Of a stretch of DNA of 55,570 nt, positions 29,640 to 39,186 are shown in pieces. Positions within the stretch are counted from its first letter, which is position 1, and each line of letters begins with the position of its first letter. The position numbers and the translations under genes are program-made. The stretch covers positions 1 to 55,570 of IMG/VR virus record IMGVR_UViG_3300024257_000013; one strand, written 5' to 3'. This DNA is from a virus. Lineage: Duplodnaviria > Caudoviricetes. The notes under the pieces are model-generated. The model was given only the letters and a program-made list of their open reading frames with translations, was not told the origin of the DNA and made no database searches.

Positions 29640-29704
29640 TCAGCTTATGGCTCCTATCTCTGTTTCCTGTAAAACTTCATTGCTATACTCTTCTGGTAAA
29701 TTCA

Positions 29705-29971
29705 TTACTTAAATCTCTTAGCTCGAATTTCTTTTAAACACTTAAAATAATATCCTCTAAATTTTGGATGCTCTTTATATTCATTAACAGTATGTTCTAC
29801 CGGAGTACCTTTACCCCATAAATAAGGATGTGCTATTGCAGGATATTTTTCTATTGCTTTTCGGTAAGCATACTGTCTTTGGTTTCTGTGCATCTCAACA
29901 AATCTACCTTTATCGGAGTACATAGGTCTTCCGTTTTGGATATTAAGACGTTTAAATTCTGATTTACTCAT
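29705..29971 (-). CDS. Hypothetical basic protein
   Basis: 88-aa ORF in the operon direction. Confidence 0.5.
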   Translation of the reverse strand: MSKSEFKRLNIQNGRPMYSDKGRFVEMHRNQRQYAYRKAIEKYPAIAHPYLWGKGTPVEHTVNEYKEHPKFRGYYFKCLKEIRAKRFK

Positions 29972-29994
29972 AGTTTATTTACCAATAATCTCTG

Positions 29995-30846
29995 TTAACA
30001 AGCACTAGCCAACTTGTGCAATTCATCAGCGGCAAGTTGAAAACCGGCGGCATGTTTATGTCCACCACCACCAAATAAAACGGCAATTTTAGACACGTCC
30101 TGTCCACCTTCTTCTGAACGCAAACTAAAGGTCCTGCCTTCTGCTGTATCCCAGTAACATGCCGCAAACGGTTCTTTCTCAGCCATAATATGACCCGCAT
30201 CACTACTGAAAAAATAAGGAGCATTTAAAGTGGGTACGTCAAATCCAGCTATAGTGCTTCTCGTTGCAGCCACTTTTATCAGTTCTTTAATATCCTTAAA
30301 GTGCTTTCTTTCAATGGCTTCACCAGCACCGATAAACGACCAGTATTTATAATCATCAGCACATAGGTCATCAACCATATCCCAATTTTCAAACGTGTAT
30401 TCCATACTGAGTAAATTCGCCTGAAAAGCGCGTGTTTGCTCCATTGAAAACCGCCATAAATCACGATCCTGAACATGTTTAATTAAAAATGGTGGTTTAG
30501 TATCTGGGTGAAAATATTCCCATGCCATCATTGCTCCACTTCTATCCATATCGAAGTGGATAGTAACATTTTCTGGCAAATCAACCAGGTCGGCTTCAGC
30601 ACTTTTATGGTGATCCAGAATTAATACGGTTTTAGCCTGTTTTGCTATCTCTAGTAACACTGGGCGCTTATAGCTAAAATCAACCATAATTACATCACGA
30701 CCAGTACAAGCAGGTGGTTCTTGACCGTAAATGCCTGGGTGAAATTCTGTTCCAGGGTGCTTTTTACGCACTGCCCAAGCAGCGGTAAACCCATCAGCAC
30801 AGTTACCATGATAAATACAAAGTTTTTTCATTTTATGTTTCTCCAA
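29995..30846 (-). CDS. DHH/DHHA1 family phosphoesterase
   Basis: YHGNCADG, VDFS, LDHH, DRDLW, FSLRS, GGGGHKHAAGF. Confidence 0.9.
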   Translation of the reverse strand: MEKHKMKKLCIYHGNCADGFTAAWAVRKKHPGTEFHPGIYGQEPPACTGRDVIMVDFSYKRPVLLEIAKQAKTVLILDHHKSAEADLVDLPENVTIHFDMDRSGAMMAWEYFHPDTKPPFLIKHVQDRDLWRFSMEQTRAFQANLLSMEYTFENWDMVDDLCADDYKYWSFIGAGEAIERKHFKDIKELIKVAATRSTIAGFDVPTLNAPYFFSSDAGHIMAEKEPFAACYWDTAEGRTFSLRSEEGGQDVSKIAVLFGGGGHKHAAGFQLAADELHKLASAC

Positions 30847-30854
30847 ATCGGCTC

Positions 30855-30942
30855 TTATAACAAGCCATTCTACCGGAGCGTTTCACGCTCCTCGTTTATG
30901 CCATTAGGCCAGTGCTGCGCCCGGTAAATTCAATCGTTAGAA
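30855..30942 (+). other. attC-like recombination site 1
   Basis: R'' TTATAAC, 5-nt spacer, ATT(C)TACCGG(A)GCG ... CGCCCGGTAAAT, 6-nt spacer, R' GTTAGAA. Two extrahelical bases at the canonical positions. Confidence 0.75.
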
Positions 30943-30947
30943 AGACT

Positions 30948-31949
30948 TTATAGTCCTTGCTTAATTTTGAGTTTCCCACCACCTAGAATCGCATTACCGC
31001 AAGTGATCAGGCTATCTTCTTCGTCTTGCGATGGTATAAATACAAGGGTATCGAACCCGGCCCCCTTACAGCTCTCCTCCGGCTCTGTATAAGGGGTGTA
31101 AGTTTGGTAACCGTCTACTGTCTGTATGCCATTCTCCATACAGGCTGAGTTGTTATGTATGGGCGTTATTTTCACCATCCATTTTTCAGTGTCAAAAAGC
31201 TCGGCGAGTTTTGCGCCGTCAACTTCATTCCCTGATGCGTAAGCTATGTTCAGGCAATACTTTCTACCGATAGGTTTTTGAATATTTTCGAGATTCTTTG
31301 CAATATCAATAAGGGTGTGACTGCTGCCACCAAACATCTGTTCACGCTGTACCTCTGAGCTGCTGTTGATACTGATCTGTAAACCTGCCTGACCTTTGAA
31401 TAGCTCGTTTTTTATCTTCACCCATTCGTGGATTCGATTAAATGTGTGCTTATAGTCAGGGCACATTGTTGTGAAAACAGGGTGAATAACTTCAATCCTA
31501 ACGCCTGTCTCATCTTGAATTTGACGCTTATGCTCCCCTAGCCACTCAGAAAACCTCAAAACGTCCTGATTGAAAACCGGCTCACCCATTCTAGCAAAGT
31601 GGATATTTAGCCTGTCAGTGTATTTCACACTATCATAGGCATTTATCCCCGCGTAAAACTGAGCCTTTAAGTCGCTGAAGCTGACGTTCCCTGAGAACTT
31701 GATATTTGGCACATCACAAAAAGTACATTTCATTACGCACCCGTACTGAGTAGAGAGAGTTATTACCCACTTCTCCTGTAGCGGCATTATCGGCCCATTT
31801 TCTACACCATTAAGTGGGCGCGTATACCCAAGGAAATCAGCCTTTATGTTTTTATGTTTCCCGTAGTCGCCTATTGAAAGCGTCTCTAGTTTGCCGTTTG
31901 AATAGTCATCAACAATCAAGCATCCTGTCGGTAATAGAATTTTGCTCAT
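30948..31949 (-). CDS. Radical SAM enzyme, RlmN/Cfr-like
   Basis: STQYGCVMKCTFC (CxxxCxxC), RMGEP, QISINS, C-terminal TCG. Confidence 0.85.
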   Translation of the reverse strand: MSKILLPTGCLIVDDYSNGKLETLSIGDYGKHKNIKADFLGYTRPLNGVENGPIMPLQEKWVITLSTQYGCVMKCTFCDVPNIKFSGNVSFSDLKAQFYAGINAYDSVKYTDRLNIHFARMGEPVFNQDVLRFSEWLGEHKRQIQDETGVRIEVIHPVFTTMCPDYKHTFNRIHEWVKIKNELFKGQAGLQISINSSSEVQREQMFGGSSHTLIDIAKNLENIQKPIGRKYCLNIAYASGNEVDGAKLAELFDTEKWMVKITPIHNNSACMENGIQTVDGYQTYTPYTEPEESCKGAGFDTLVFIPSQDEEDSLITCGNAILGGGKLKIKQGL

Positions 31950-31971
31950 TTCATTTCACCAAATAAAAAGC

Positions 31972-32099
31972 GCCTAACAAATCGATCCAGCCGACCGGCT
32001 AGGACAGCACTTTTTTCACTTTCAATGCTTTCGGTTTCTACTTTCATACTCTCAATACCTCTTTTATTAATACGCCGTCTGCTGTTTAAGGGGTTATGA
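31972..32099 (+). other. attC-like recombination site 2 (overlapped by a 33-aa minus-strand leader ORF at 31946-32047)
   Basis: R'' GCCTAAC, 5 nt, GAT(C)CAGCCGACCGGC ... GCCGTCTGCTGTTT, 5 nt, R' GTTATGA. Less perfect than site 1. Confidence 0.6.
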
Positions 32100-32101
32100 C
32101 G

Positions 32102-32314
32102 CTATAAGCTATCAATAATTTGCATCAACTTAAATCCGTCTTCGGCGGATTTGCACCAGACTGGAATATCAATATTTCCAAGTCTATGAGTGCAGCATCT
32201 TCCATCAGCAGATACATAAAAAGTCGGAATATTATCTCTAATCAATTGCGACTCTCGAATAGCTTTAAAAAGTGCTGGCTCTTTCTGCTGTACTATTGTG
32301 TTTAAATCACTCAT
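32102..32314 (-). CDS. Hypothetical protein
   Basis: 70 aa, overlapping the upstream stop. Confidence 0.5.
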   Translation of the reverse strand: MSDLNTIVQQKEPALFKAIRESQLIRDNIPTFYVSADGRCCTHRLGNIDIPVWCKSAEDGFKLMQIIDSL

Positions 32315-32589
32315 TTTAAATCCTTAGTTACTTTTATATGAATACTTGGAATACCTTCAAATAGCTTTGATATACGTTCCGCAGAGGCTTCTAACTCCTG
32401 CAGGCTAGTGCTAGTATCAGTTCTTAGTAATAAGTCTGCCAGGCTCTGTATAGCCCCTTCTAGAGACCCATACCAGCTGATAGCTGTCCAGGTATCTTCG
32501 CCTTCTTTATCTTTTCCGCGTTTGCACACCATCCAGGATGAACTATCACTCTTAATAGCGTGTTTATCGTCTATAATCATTAAATTCAT
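32311..32589 (-). CDS. Hypothetical phage protein
   Basis: 92 aa with GAGG RBS. Confidence 0.55.
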   Translation of the reverse strand: MNLMIIDDKHAIKSDSSSWMVCKRGKDKEGEDTWTAISWYGSLEGAIQSLADLLLRTDTSTSLQELEASAERISKLFEGIPSIHIKVTKDLK

Positions 32590-32660
32590 CTTTTCAAATC
32601 CTCAGTAGTTTCACTGCTTGTACAGGCTTATTCCCAGTAGATACGGTACCCGTCAGCTGC

Positions 32661-33077
32661 TTATGGTTCCAATAGACCATCTAAGTCTGAATTAAAAAAT
32701 GTTCCACTGATATTCTCATTTATGAAATCAGGATCAAATAAAGCATCATGGTGCATCAATAAGGCCACTTCCAGGTAGGTAGCAGCTTTCTTAGTGCTGC
32801 ATTGATATAAAATCTCTTTAGAGACTGCCTTCAGGCCCTGTGTAAGCTCGCTAGAGCCTTCATACTTGGCAAAGGGCAAATCCACCCATTCTTTACGAAC
32901 GTAGTTCTTACGCTTAGACAGCTGCTTCTTTGTCGGTTTTAGTCGCCTTATAGCTCGAACACTTTTTTTACCGATATACATACGCCCACAGGCATAAGTG
33001 ATCAGGTACACAAAATCAGTACAACCGGTAAGTAAATCGGCATGAGAATCTACTGGGGTACCATTGTAAATCCACAT
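32661..33077 (-). CDS. GIY-YIG family endonuclease
   Basis: FVYLITY...MYIGKK, YEGSS, conserved E and N. Confidence 0.7.
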   Translation of the reverse strand: MWIYNGTPVDSHADLLTGCTDFVYLITYACGRMYIGKKSVRAIRRLKPTKKQLSKRKNYVRKEWVDLPFAKYEGSSELTQGLKAVSKEILYQCSTKKAATYLEVALLMHHDALFDPDFINENISGTFFNSDLDGLLEP

Positions 33078-33106
33078 TAGATAACACCATAAATACTAGT
33101 CATCGG

Positions 33107-33421
33107 TTAGCACTCTTCACTGTTGCTGTCATAACCTGTCTCTTCGGCTACTTCTGTAAGAAATTTCTGTCTCTCCTCAGACGAGAGTACAGGAACCCTT
33201 GCTAATACTAAGTTAGGTAATTCCATTGGGTCATCTAAGTGCTCCATAACAAAATGTAATTCATGAACATGAAATTGATTAACTTCAATTGTATTTCTAA
33301 AAGCTCTCCAAATACGTTTTTTATTGTCGTATTTATACCTCCAAGAATAAAATGTTTTATGTATTTTATTCATGGTATTAAGCACCCAAAAAGTAAGAGA
33401 TATAAAAAGTATCTCTTTCAA
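33107..33421 (-). CDS. Hypothetical protein
   Basis: ORF in the operon direction; start may be at MNKIHK. Confidence 0.45.
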   Translation of the reverse strand: MKEILFISLTFWVLNTMNKIHKTFYSWRYKYDNKKRIWRAFRNTIEVNQFHVHELHFVMEHLDDPMELPNLVLARVPVLSSEERQKFLTEVAEETGYDSNSEEC

Positions 33422-33710
33422 TTTCTGACTCTTCTAAATCAGAAGCACTTATATTTAAGTCTCTAAGAAAACTTGCTATATCCGTATGGTCATAAATTTT
33501 AGTTTCGTTTCCGAAAGTATTATCGCTTAGAAATACGTACTCACCTGTACTAGTAGATTTTTTAATGTATGTACCTTCAAGTTCTTTTGTAACTACGGGG
33601 TGTTTAAAAGTCATTATCATCTCCTTTAACTGTAATAGTTCATAAATTAATTTATGTACCCACTTACAGACATTTTTGAAAGATTGTATTTTTTGGTATT
33701 TTCTAATCAT
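33378..33710 (-). CDS. Hypothetical protein
   Basis: ORF in the operon direction; AGGAG before the internal MIMTFK start. Confidence 0.45.
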   Translation of the reverse strand: MIRKYQKIQSFKNVCKWVHKLIYELLQLKEMIMTFKHPVVTKELEGTYIKKSTSTGEYVFLSDNTFGNETKIYDHTDIASFLRDLNISASDLEESEIERDTFYISYFLGA

Positions 33711-33712
33711 TA

Positions 33713-35917
33713 TTAAACTCTCCGTAGTGCAGGTGTGATAAGCGTTCTCTTTAAGCGGTCTTTGTCCATTGATTCCATCCAGTAGTCGTTAACTTCATGA
33801 GCCAGCTTTTCTATGTATTCTTCATCAGCTCCCAGGTCAATAGCATACGCTAATGCACGGTATAGTAAAATAGACCGTTCTCCAGGTTCTGCAGTAAAAG
33901 CAAATGAGAAAGTTTCACGAGGATCAGCTAACTTATTGTTTTTTTCTTTAGGAGGTAATTCTGAAGGAAGCTTTGGCTTGTTACGTAAACACTCACTGGC
34001 ATTTTCCAGTAAATATTTAGTTTTAAGTGTAGATCCATCCAATTGCTCAAGAATATTTCTATCAGCAAATGAGAAGAATATCTGACTTTGAGGAAGACTA
34101 TCTACAACCAACCCAAGCTCTTTTCCAATTTCCTGGATAAATGCTTTCCACAGTTGTGGCTCTATATCGACGATAGAATCCAGTTCCAGCAAAACTCTGA
34201 ACTTAAATTCATTCTCAGGATCACTTGTACGGGCAACATAATGGTTGTACTCATTGAGTAATACATGCACCTCTTCATCAGTGATGTACGACTTATCTAT
34301 ATCGAGAACAACAAATTTGGTACCGCCTTGAACATTGTCTTTACCACGTTTTCCATCAGCAAACACAAATGGACCATAAGCAGCATTATTTTTGAGCATA
34401 TCTCGCATTTCAGCAAAATCTGTATCATAGACATCAAAGCCATCTTTACAGTTCCTGGCCATATACTCTTTAAGCTCTTCCCCTTTCAGGTCAGTATCTT
34501 CAAAGAAAATACAAGATACACCGATTTCATCGGTAATAATTTGCTCATCGTATTGAATACCGTTTTCGTGAACTGTGTAACGTCCACCTTCATCGTAACT
34601 GTTTGCCAGTTTAGCCAATTCCTCTACTTTGCTTTTCGAAGAACCGGCACCAGTAACATATGATAACTTTCTGAGTTCATGTAATGACAAGAAGAAAGAA
34701 CTATCTTCAGCTTTGTAGCTGCACATATCAGCCAGTTGCTCATAAGGCTCTTTTACAAGTTCCTTTTCAAATTCACTGAGTTGTGGTGCCAGTAGTTCAA
34801 CGGTATTGATAGCATAGGCATACATTTCCTCATTAACGAATTCTCTGCCGTGCAGAATTGCATACGTACCGGCTAACTTAAGGGCTAACCACTGCTTATG
34901 CTTTCTACTTAGTTTTGATATTGGGTACTTATTCGATTGATCATCAGATATAAAATTGTTGTACTCCAGGTAAACATCAAATAACTTAGTTGCTTCCGGG
35001 GTTAACGTAAGAGGTTCCTGGGTGGTAGTTTCAACCAAACCAGAAGTTAGATGGCTCAATGCTTCCTGTGCAGCTAGTACACGTTCACGTTCCTTTTCTT
35101 TCAGTTTGTAGAGTTCATCAATGGAGGAAATTTCCAACCGTGTAGGAACTTCAGGTGTGAAAGTAAAGATACTTCTACGTGCCAACTGGGTATTGAATAC
35201 CAGTTTAAATTTTGATTTGATTTCATTATTAAACAGCAGTGCTTCCTGGGAACCAAAGAACAAAGCGTTCACCGGTAACCCCTTAATTGCTTGAGTCTGA
35301 TTTTCAGAAGACTTAACAATTTTTGGAGCAACATTTCCTAGATCGTAAGCTTGCGAAATTATTTTAATAATATCCGTCATAGCTCCATTGGTCTGAAGCT
35401 CAGAACCAATTTCCGATGTAGTGATACTGCCGGAACCTAATGGGTTCTGCCCGATATCAGCAAAATGATGCAGTAAGCCTTCAACAGTACCTAATCCGGC
35501 CTGTAACGGTTTTGGTTCAACGTAGAACATCTTCCATTCATGCTTACCTTTTCCTTCCAGCTTGGCCTTATTTTCGGCTTTAACTTTGGCATACTCTCTA
35601 CGTTCATCTTCGATCTGCATATAGCCCATATCGAGAGACTTTCGAATAGTATTCAGGGATTTATCTTTTGACATACCTGATCCAGCCAAAGCAAATACAA
35701 TGGCGTTAGTAGGAACTAACGTACCATCGTACAGCTTGATAGGTTTTCTCAGATGTGATGAAAAAGTAATAAGCTCTGCCAGTGTAATCGCAAGTTTTAA
35801 CTTAAACGGAATCTCACCAGCTATAGTATTAATTCCTTTCTGTACAATATCGGGAAAAGGTCCAATATTGCCTGTACGATCTTTTATGTAGTTGTCTAAG
35901 AGCTTGAAAGTATCCAT
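33713..35917 (-). CDS. DNA primase (N4 gp43-like): N-terminal P-loop-like domain + C-terminal AEP-like primase
   Basis: LAGSGMSKD P-loop-like motif; VLDID, RTS, KFRVLL, SQIFF primase-like motifs. Confidence 0.7.
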   Translation of the reverse strand: MDTFKLLDNYIKDRTGNIGPFPDIVQKGINTIAGEIPFKLKLAITLAELITFSSHLRKPIKLYDGTLVPTNAIVFALAGSGMSKDKSLNTIRKSLDMGYMQIEDERREYAKVKAENKAKLEGKGKHEWKMFYVEPKPLQAGLGTVEGLLHHFADIGQNPLGSGSITTSEIGSELQTNGAMTDIIKIISQAYDLGNVAPKIVKSSENQTQAIKGLPVNALFFGSQEALLFNNEIKSKFKLVFNTQLARRSIFTFTPEVPTRLEISSIDELYKLKEKERERVLAAQEALSHLTSGLVETTTQEPLTLTPEATKLFDVYLEYNNFISDDQSNKYPISKLSRKHKQWLALKLAGTYAILHGREFVNEEMYAYAINTVELLAPQLSEFEKELVKEPYEQLADMCSYKAEDSSFFLSLHELRKLSYVTGAGSSKSKVEELAKLANSYDEGGRYTVHENGIQYDEQIITDEIGVSCIFFEDTDLKGEELKEYMARNCKDGFDVYDTDFAEMRDMLKNNAAYGPFVFADGKRGKDNVQGGTKFVVLDIDKSYITDEEVHVLLNEYNHYVARTSDPENEFKFRVLLELDSIVDIEPQLWKAFIQEIGKELGLVVDSLPQSQIFFSFADRNILEQLDGSTLKTKYLLENASECLRNKPKLPSELPPKEKNNKLADPRETFSFAFTAEPGERSILLYRALAYAIDLGADEEYIEKLAHEVNDYWMESMDKDRLKRTLITPALRRV

Positions 35918-36735
35918 TATGCACCAACGGAACTAACAACGGATTCAAAGAATTCCACTTCGTTAAATTCATTACCTACGTTCATACAACCTGGTAATTC
36001 AACAGGATTGCCATATCCGTAAGCAAGATCATCACCATAGATATCTTCAATAACCGCGAAGTAAAACTTCCGAAGCAATTTGTCGTTTAACACAGAAGAC
36101 ATGCCTTCTACATCTTTGTGCTCTTTGTGGGAAAATACAGGAATACTTGAAAAGAATTGTTTACCCCGTGCATTGGTAACGTTGTTAATTGGCAGAATTA
36201 ACATAATTTTTATAAAAATATGCTGACGTTCCAGTTCTTCAATAGTAGCCAGTAGTTTAGCGATATTCTCCTGAATAAAGGAGTTACTAGTCCGCCATGG
36301 GTAGCTGATGCTGATATACAATTCGTAGAAAAAGTCTATGTACTGAACAGAGGGTGTAATAACACAATCAGGCTCACCGTTGGCATATTTGCCCACATCA
36401 AAACCTACAGCGGTACCATCTACACTGTAACGGTAGTTTTCATAAACTTCCCCAGTGATCAGTCCACGCTTTTTCAAGTTTGACCTTACCAGGTTACGAA
36501 TTGATGCTTGTTCCTCTGAAGGAAACCCGGCCTCACCATGCAGTAGTTTATCGAGTGCATCAGCATAAGTGACACCACAGTTGTCATCATTTTTCTGTGT
36601 AAGCTTCGATACATGATGCTTAAAATGATCCAGATTGCGAAATGCAGCGTAATCCATATTTGTCATAGTTTTTTTCCAAGATTCTGGAAAAATGGTATGC
36701 AAAGGAGTATGTAAAGCTAAATTTTGGGTAGTCAT
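35917..36735 (-). CDS. Partner of MoxR-type ATPase (vWA-like)
   Basis: Coupled to the AAA gene; G.DVGKY..GEPDC and YGYG motifs. Confidence 0.55.
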   Translation of the reverse strand: MTTQNLALHTPLHTIFPESWKKTMTNMDYAAFRNLDHFKHHVSKLTQKNDDNCGVTYADALDKLLHGEAGFPSEEQASIRNLVRSNLKKRGLITGEVYENYRYSVDGTAVGFDVGKYANGEPDCVITPSVQYIDFFYELYISISYPWRTSNSFIQENIAKLLATIEELERQHIFIKIMLILPINNVTNARGKQFFSSIPVFSHKEHKDVEGMSSVLNDKLLRKFYFAVIEDIYGDDLAYGYGNPVELPGCMNVGNEFNEVEFFESVVSSVGA

Positions 36736-37508
36736 AGGACCTCCTGTTGAGACTTCAGTAAATTGACCAAATCTGGAAATGTCTTACATTCAGATTGATC
36801 AGCGTATTTTGGTAAACTTTTAATTTTAGCGTTGTAGTTATCAAACATTAAATTGCTTTTTCCAACTAAGCGGTATACGAAATCATTCAACACATTTAAA
36901 TTTTTACGAGTTTGATAACGTAAGCTATCACGCATAGAAACTACGATATCAGAGTTTGCATTTTTAACTATTTTGCGAAGGATATTCATATTCCGTAACG
37001 TTTCACGGTCCACTAAAGTAGCTTCAAGCTTTTGATCACGGTCAATATCTATTATATCAAATCTGTCCAATGTAGCAGCATCTAACTTGGATCTTCCAGT
37101 GTAATGATGGTGCTCATTCTGAGGATTTGCGGTAGACATTAAACGGAAATCTTTGTGACACTCAACGATACCAGTGGGAAAGGATAAATAGCCGTTTTCT
37201 ATGGTATTTAAGCTTAGCAACACGTTAGCATCACCAGCATCAATCTCATCTAAAAGGTACAAACCTCCATGAGTTATGGCCTTATGCAGAATTGACGGAA
37301 TATAGGTACCGTCAACACTCATGTATCCTAATAAATGAGATAATGTTGTTTGACGAGTCATTGAGATACTGTAGAAATCAAGATCCAATGCTTCAGCTAC
37401 CTGTTTTGCCAGAGTGGTTTTACCGCTACCTTTTTCACCAGTAAGCATTACTGGCATAGAAACATTTACAAGTACTTTAACTTCTTCAAGTTTAAAATGG
37501 TACGTCAT
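36732..37508 (-). CDS. MoxR/CobS-like AAA+ ATPase
   Basis: GEKGSGKT, LLDEID, TAN, LDAATLDRF. Confidence 0.88.
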   Translation of the reverse strand: MTYHFKLEEVKVLVNVSMPVMLTGEKGSGKTTLAKQVAEALDLDFYSISMTRQTTLSHLLGYMSVDGTYIPSILHKAITHGGLYLLDEIDAGDANVLLSLNTIENGYLSFPTGIVECHKDFRLMSTANPQNEHHHYTGRSKLDAATLDRFDIIDIDRDQKLEATLVDRETLRNMNILRKIVKNANSDIVVSMRDSLRYQTRKNLNVLNDFVYRLVGKSNLMFDNYNAKIKSLPKYADQSECKTFPDLVNLLKSQQEVL

Positions 37509-38112
37509 TGTTGTCTCCTTCTGGTGCAGACTTTGGAGCTGGTTTCAGACTTACATTGAATAGCGCTTTATCGTCTTCTTCAAAAATAGCCATGTACAGA
37601 ATAAAAATTTTCAGATTTTCTTCTGTATCAAACACTACAGATGTACCATTATTTGATAATGTTATGTGTTTAGGTAAATCCTCTAAAACTTCTTTGTATT
37701 TCAACAATCCTCGAAAATTTAGTGATGTCATATCTTTTTCTTTGTCCAACATAGCCATTACAAGAAAAAAACACATGATGTCTTTAATATCAAACTTACT
37801 TAATTCGGCATCCCATTTATCATTTTGTTCTTCTAGGCTATTGGCCATAGCTACAAATACCGATAAGACTTTCTCATCAATACGTTGAGGATAAAATTTG
37901 CTGACCAACTCTGTATAAAGAGTAACTCCGGTCATACTCGGTAACGTTTTGGCATGTTCTCTAATTTTATCTATGCCAAACTTTAAAATACTGTAAAACA
38001 GTGAATTTGTGGTGTTTCTATCAATCCCTTTACTTCTTGAAAGTAAGGTATCGTAGATATAAATAGGTGAAGATTTTTTGGTAATAAACGGTAGGAATTT
38101 ATTAATTTTCAT
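37492..38112 (-). CDS. Hypothetical protein
   Basis: 206 aa with AGGAG RBS. Confidence 0.6.
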   Translation of the reverse strand: MKINKFLPFITKKSSPIYIYDTLLSRSKGIDRNTTNSLFYSILKFGIDKIREHAKTLPSMTGVTLYTELVSKFYPQRIDEKVLSVFVAMANSLEEQNDKWDAELSKFDIKDIMCFFLVMAMLDKEKDMTSLNFRGLLKYKEVLEDLPKHITLSNNGTSVVFDTEENLKIFILYMAIFEEDDKALFNVSLKPAPKSAPEGDNNDVPF

Positions 38113-38320
38113 GTACTCCTATAAAATTAAGTCTATTCGGTAGGCTATTAGCAACAATATGTTCCTCTCTTGCTTTTGCTGCGAGTAAAGCTGTTTTATG
38201 TATACCTAAGTATGTGTTTTTTCTTTATTCACCAATTGAGAAATATACTTTCCTGTAGACTTGTTAAGATGGGATCCTAAATACCCGCTGGTATTTGATT
38301 TTTGAAGTCTTCTAATGAAT
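38102..38320 (-). pseudogene. Frameshifted AP2-domain remnant
   Basis: RRLQKSNTSGYLGSHLNKSTGKYISQ, then a frameshift, then KNTYLGIHKTALLAAKAREEHIVANSLPNRLNF. Confidence 0.65.
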
Positions 38321-38343
38321 AAGTTTTTACATTTTTATCTAAG

Positions 38344-38378
38344 AAAAATCGCCTCCTCCCGGCACAGGGAGAAGGCAA
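38344..38378 (-). terminator. Rho-independent terminator
   Basis: GC-rich stem followed by a T run on the minus strand, downstream of 38398-38745. Confidence 0.55.
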
Positions 38379-38397
38379 TAAAACTTACAAAAGAATC

Positions 38398-38745
38398 TTA
38401 TAGGTAATCAAATTTAGTTCCGCCGGTAATGTTGGCCAGAACAGGATTAGTTGCTACCAACTCTTCCATTTTCTTTTGAACATTGACACCTTCATTGCAT
38501 TTCGCAAATTCCAGTGCACGAGATTTTAGAGCCTGAACTTCAGCTCCGATAATCACCAGCTTGCTGTCTTCTTCAAGTTCAGCAACATCCATCATACCAA
38601 ATGTGGTATTCATTTCAGGTGAGCTGATATCTTGATCAGCATTACCGTAAGCTTCACGGGCAGAAGTAACAATGTTACCAATTTCTTCCAGCTTCTCAGC
38701 ATCAGAAGCGTCTTTGTTCTTTAATATTGCGCTAATAGAGGGCAT
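38398..38745 (-). CDS. Hypothetical acidic protein
   Basis: 115 aa with strong AGGAG RBS and its own terminator. Confidence 0.65.
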   Translation of the reverse strand: MPSISAILKNKDASDAEKLEEIGNIVTSAREAYGNADQDISSPEMNTTFGMMDVAELEEDSKLVIIGAEVQALKSRALEFAKCNEGVNVQKKMEELVATNPVLANITGGTKFDYL

Positions 38746-38818
38746 ATATATCTCCTAAATAATACTCACTAAATAAGGAAAATTATGCATAGTGAGTAAC
38801 TGCACAATTTTTGTAAAA

Positions 38819-39184
38819 CTAATAATCTTTTTCTTCTTTCAGAAAACCTTCAAATATCGAGACTCTTACTGATTTTTCAACCATGATGCTTTTTGGCAGT
38901 GCAAGCATCTTATTCATTACTCGACGCACAGCTGCTAGAGACTGTTCTCTTTCATACAGAAAAACGTCTATTTGGTAATATCTTGCTAAATAGCTATTGC
39001 CCATTGGCAGTACGTCAAAGTATTTATTCATTTCTTCTATTACTTTTTCAAAAGAGCCTGCATCAAATTCTTCTTTAAGCATAGCTATGTCATAATCTTT
39101 ACACTTTTTTAGGCCTAATCTTTGAGAACCAATAACAACTGCACTTGGTACTGCTAGTAGTTTTGCTAAAAGACTTTTATTCAT
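38819..39184 (-). CDS. Minimal nucleotidyltransferase (Pol-beta fold)-like protein
   Basis: VIGS...DYDI motif and a third Asp in QIDVF. Confidence 0.55.
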   Translation of the reverse strand: MNKSLLAKLLAVPSAVVIGSQRLGLKKCKDYDIAMLKEEFDAGSFEKVIEEMNKYFDVLPMGNSYLARYYQIDVFLYEREQSLAAVRRVMNKMLALPKSIMVEKSVRVSIFEGFLKEEKDY

Positions 39185-39186
39185 AA

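Noticed and set aside
29255-30861. DHH gene region as a second attC cassette
   Set aside because: GTTATAA (29255) and GTTAACA (~29995) coincide with stop codons and have no upstream attC stem, so support is insufficient.
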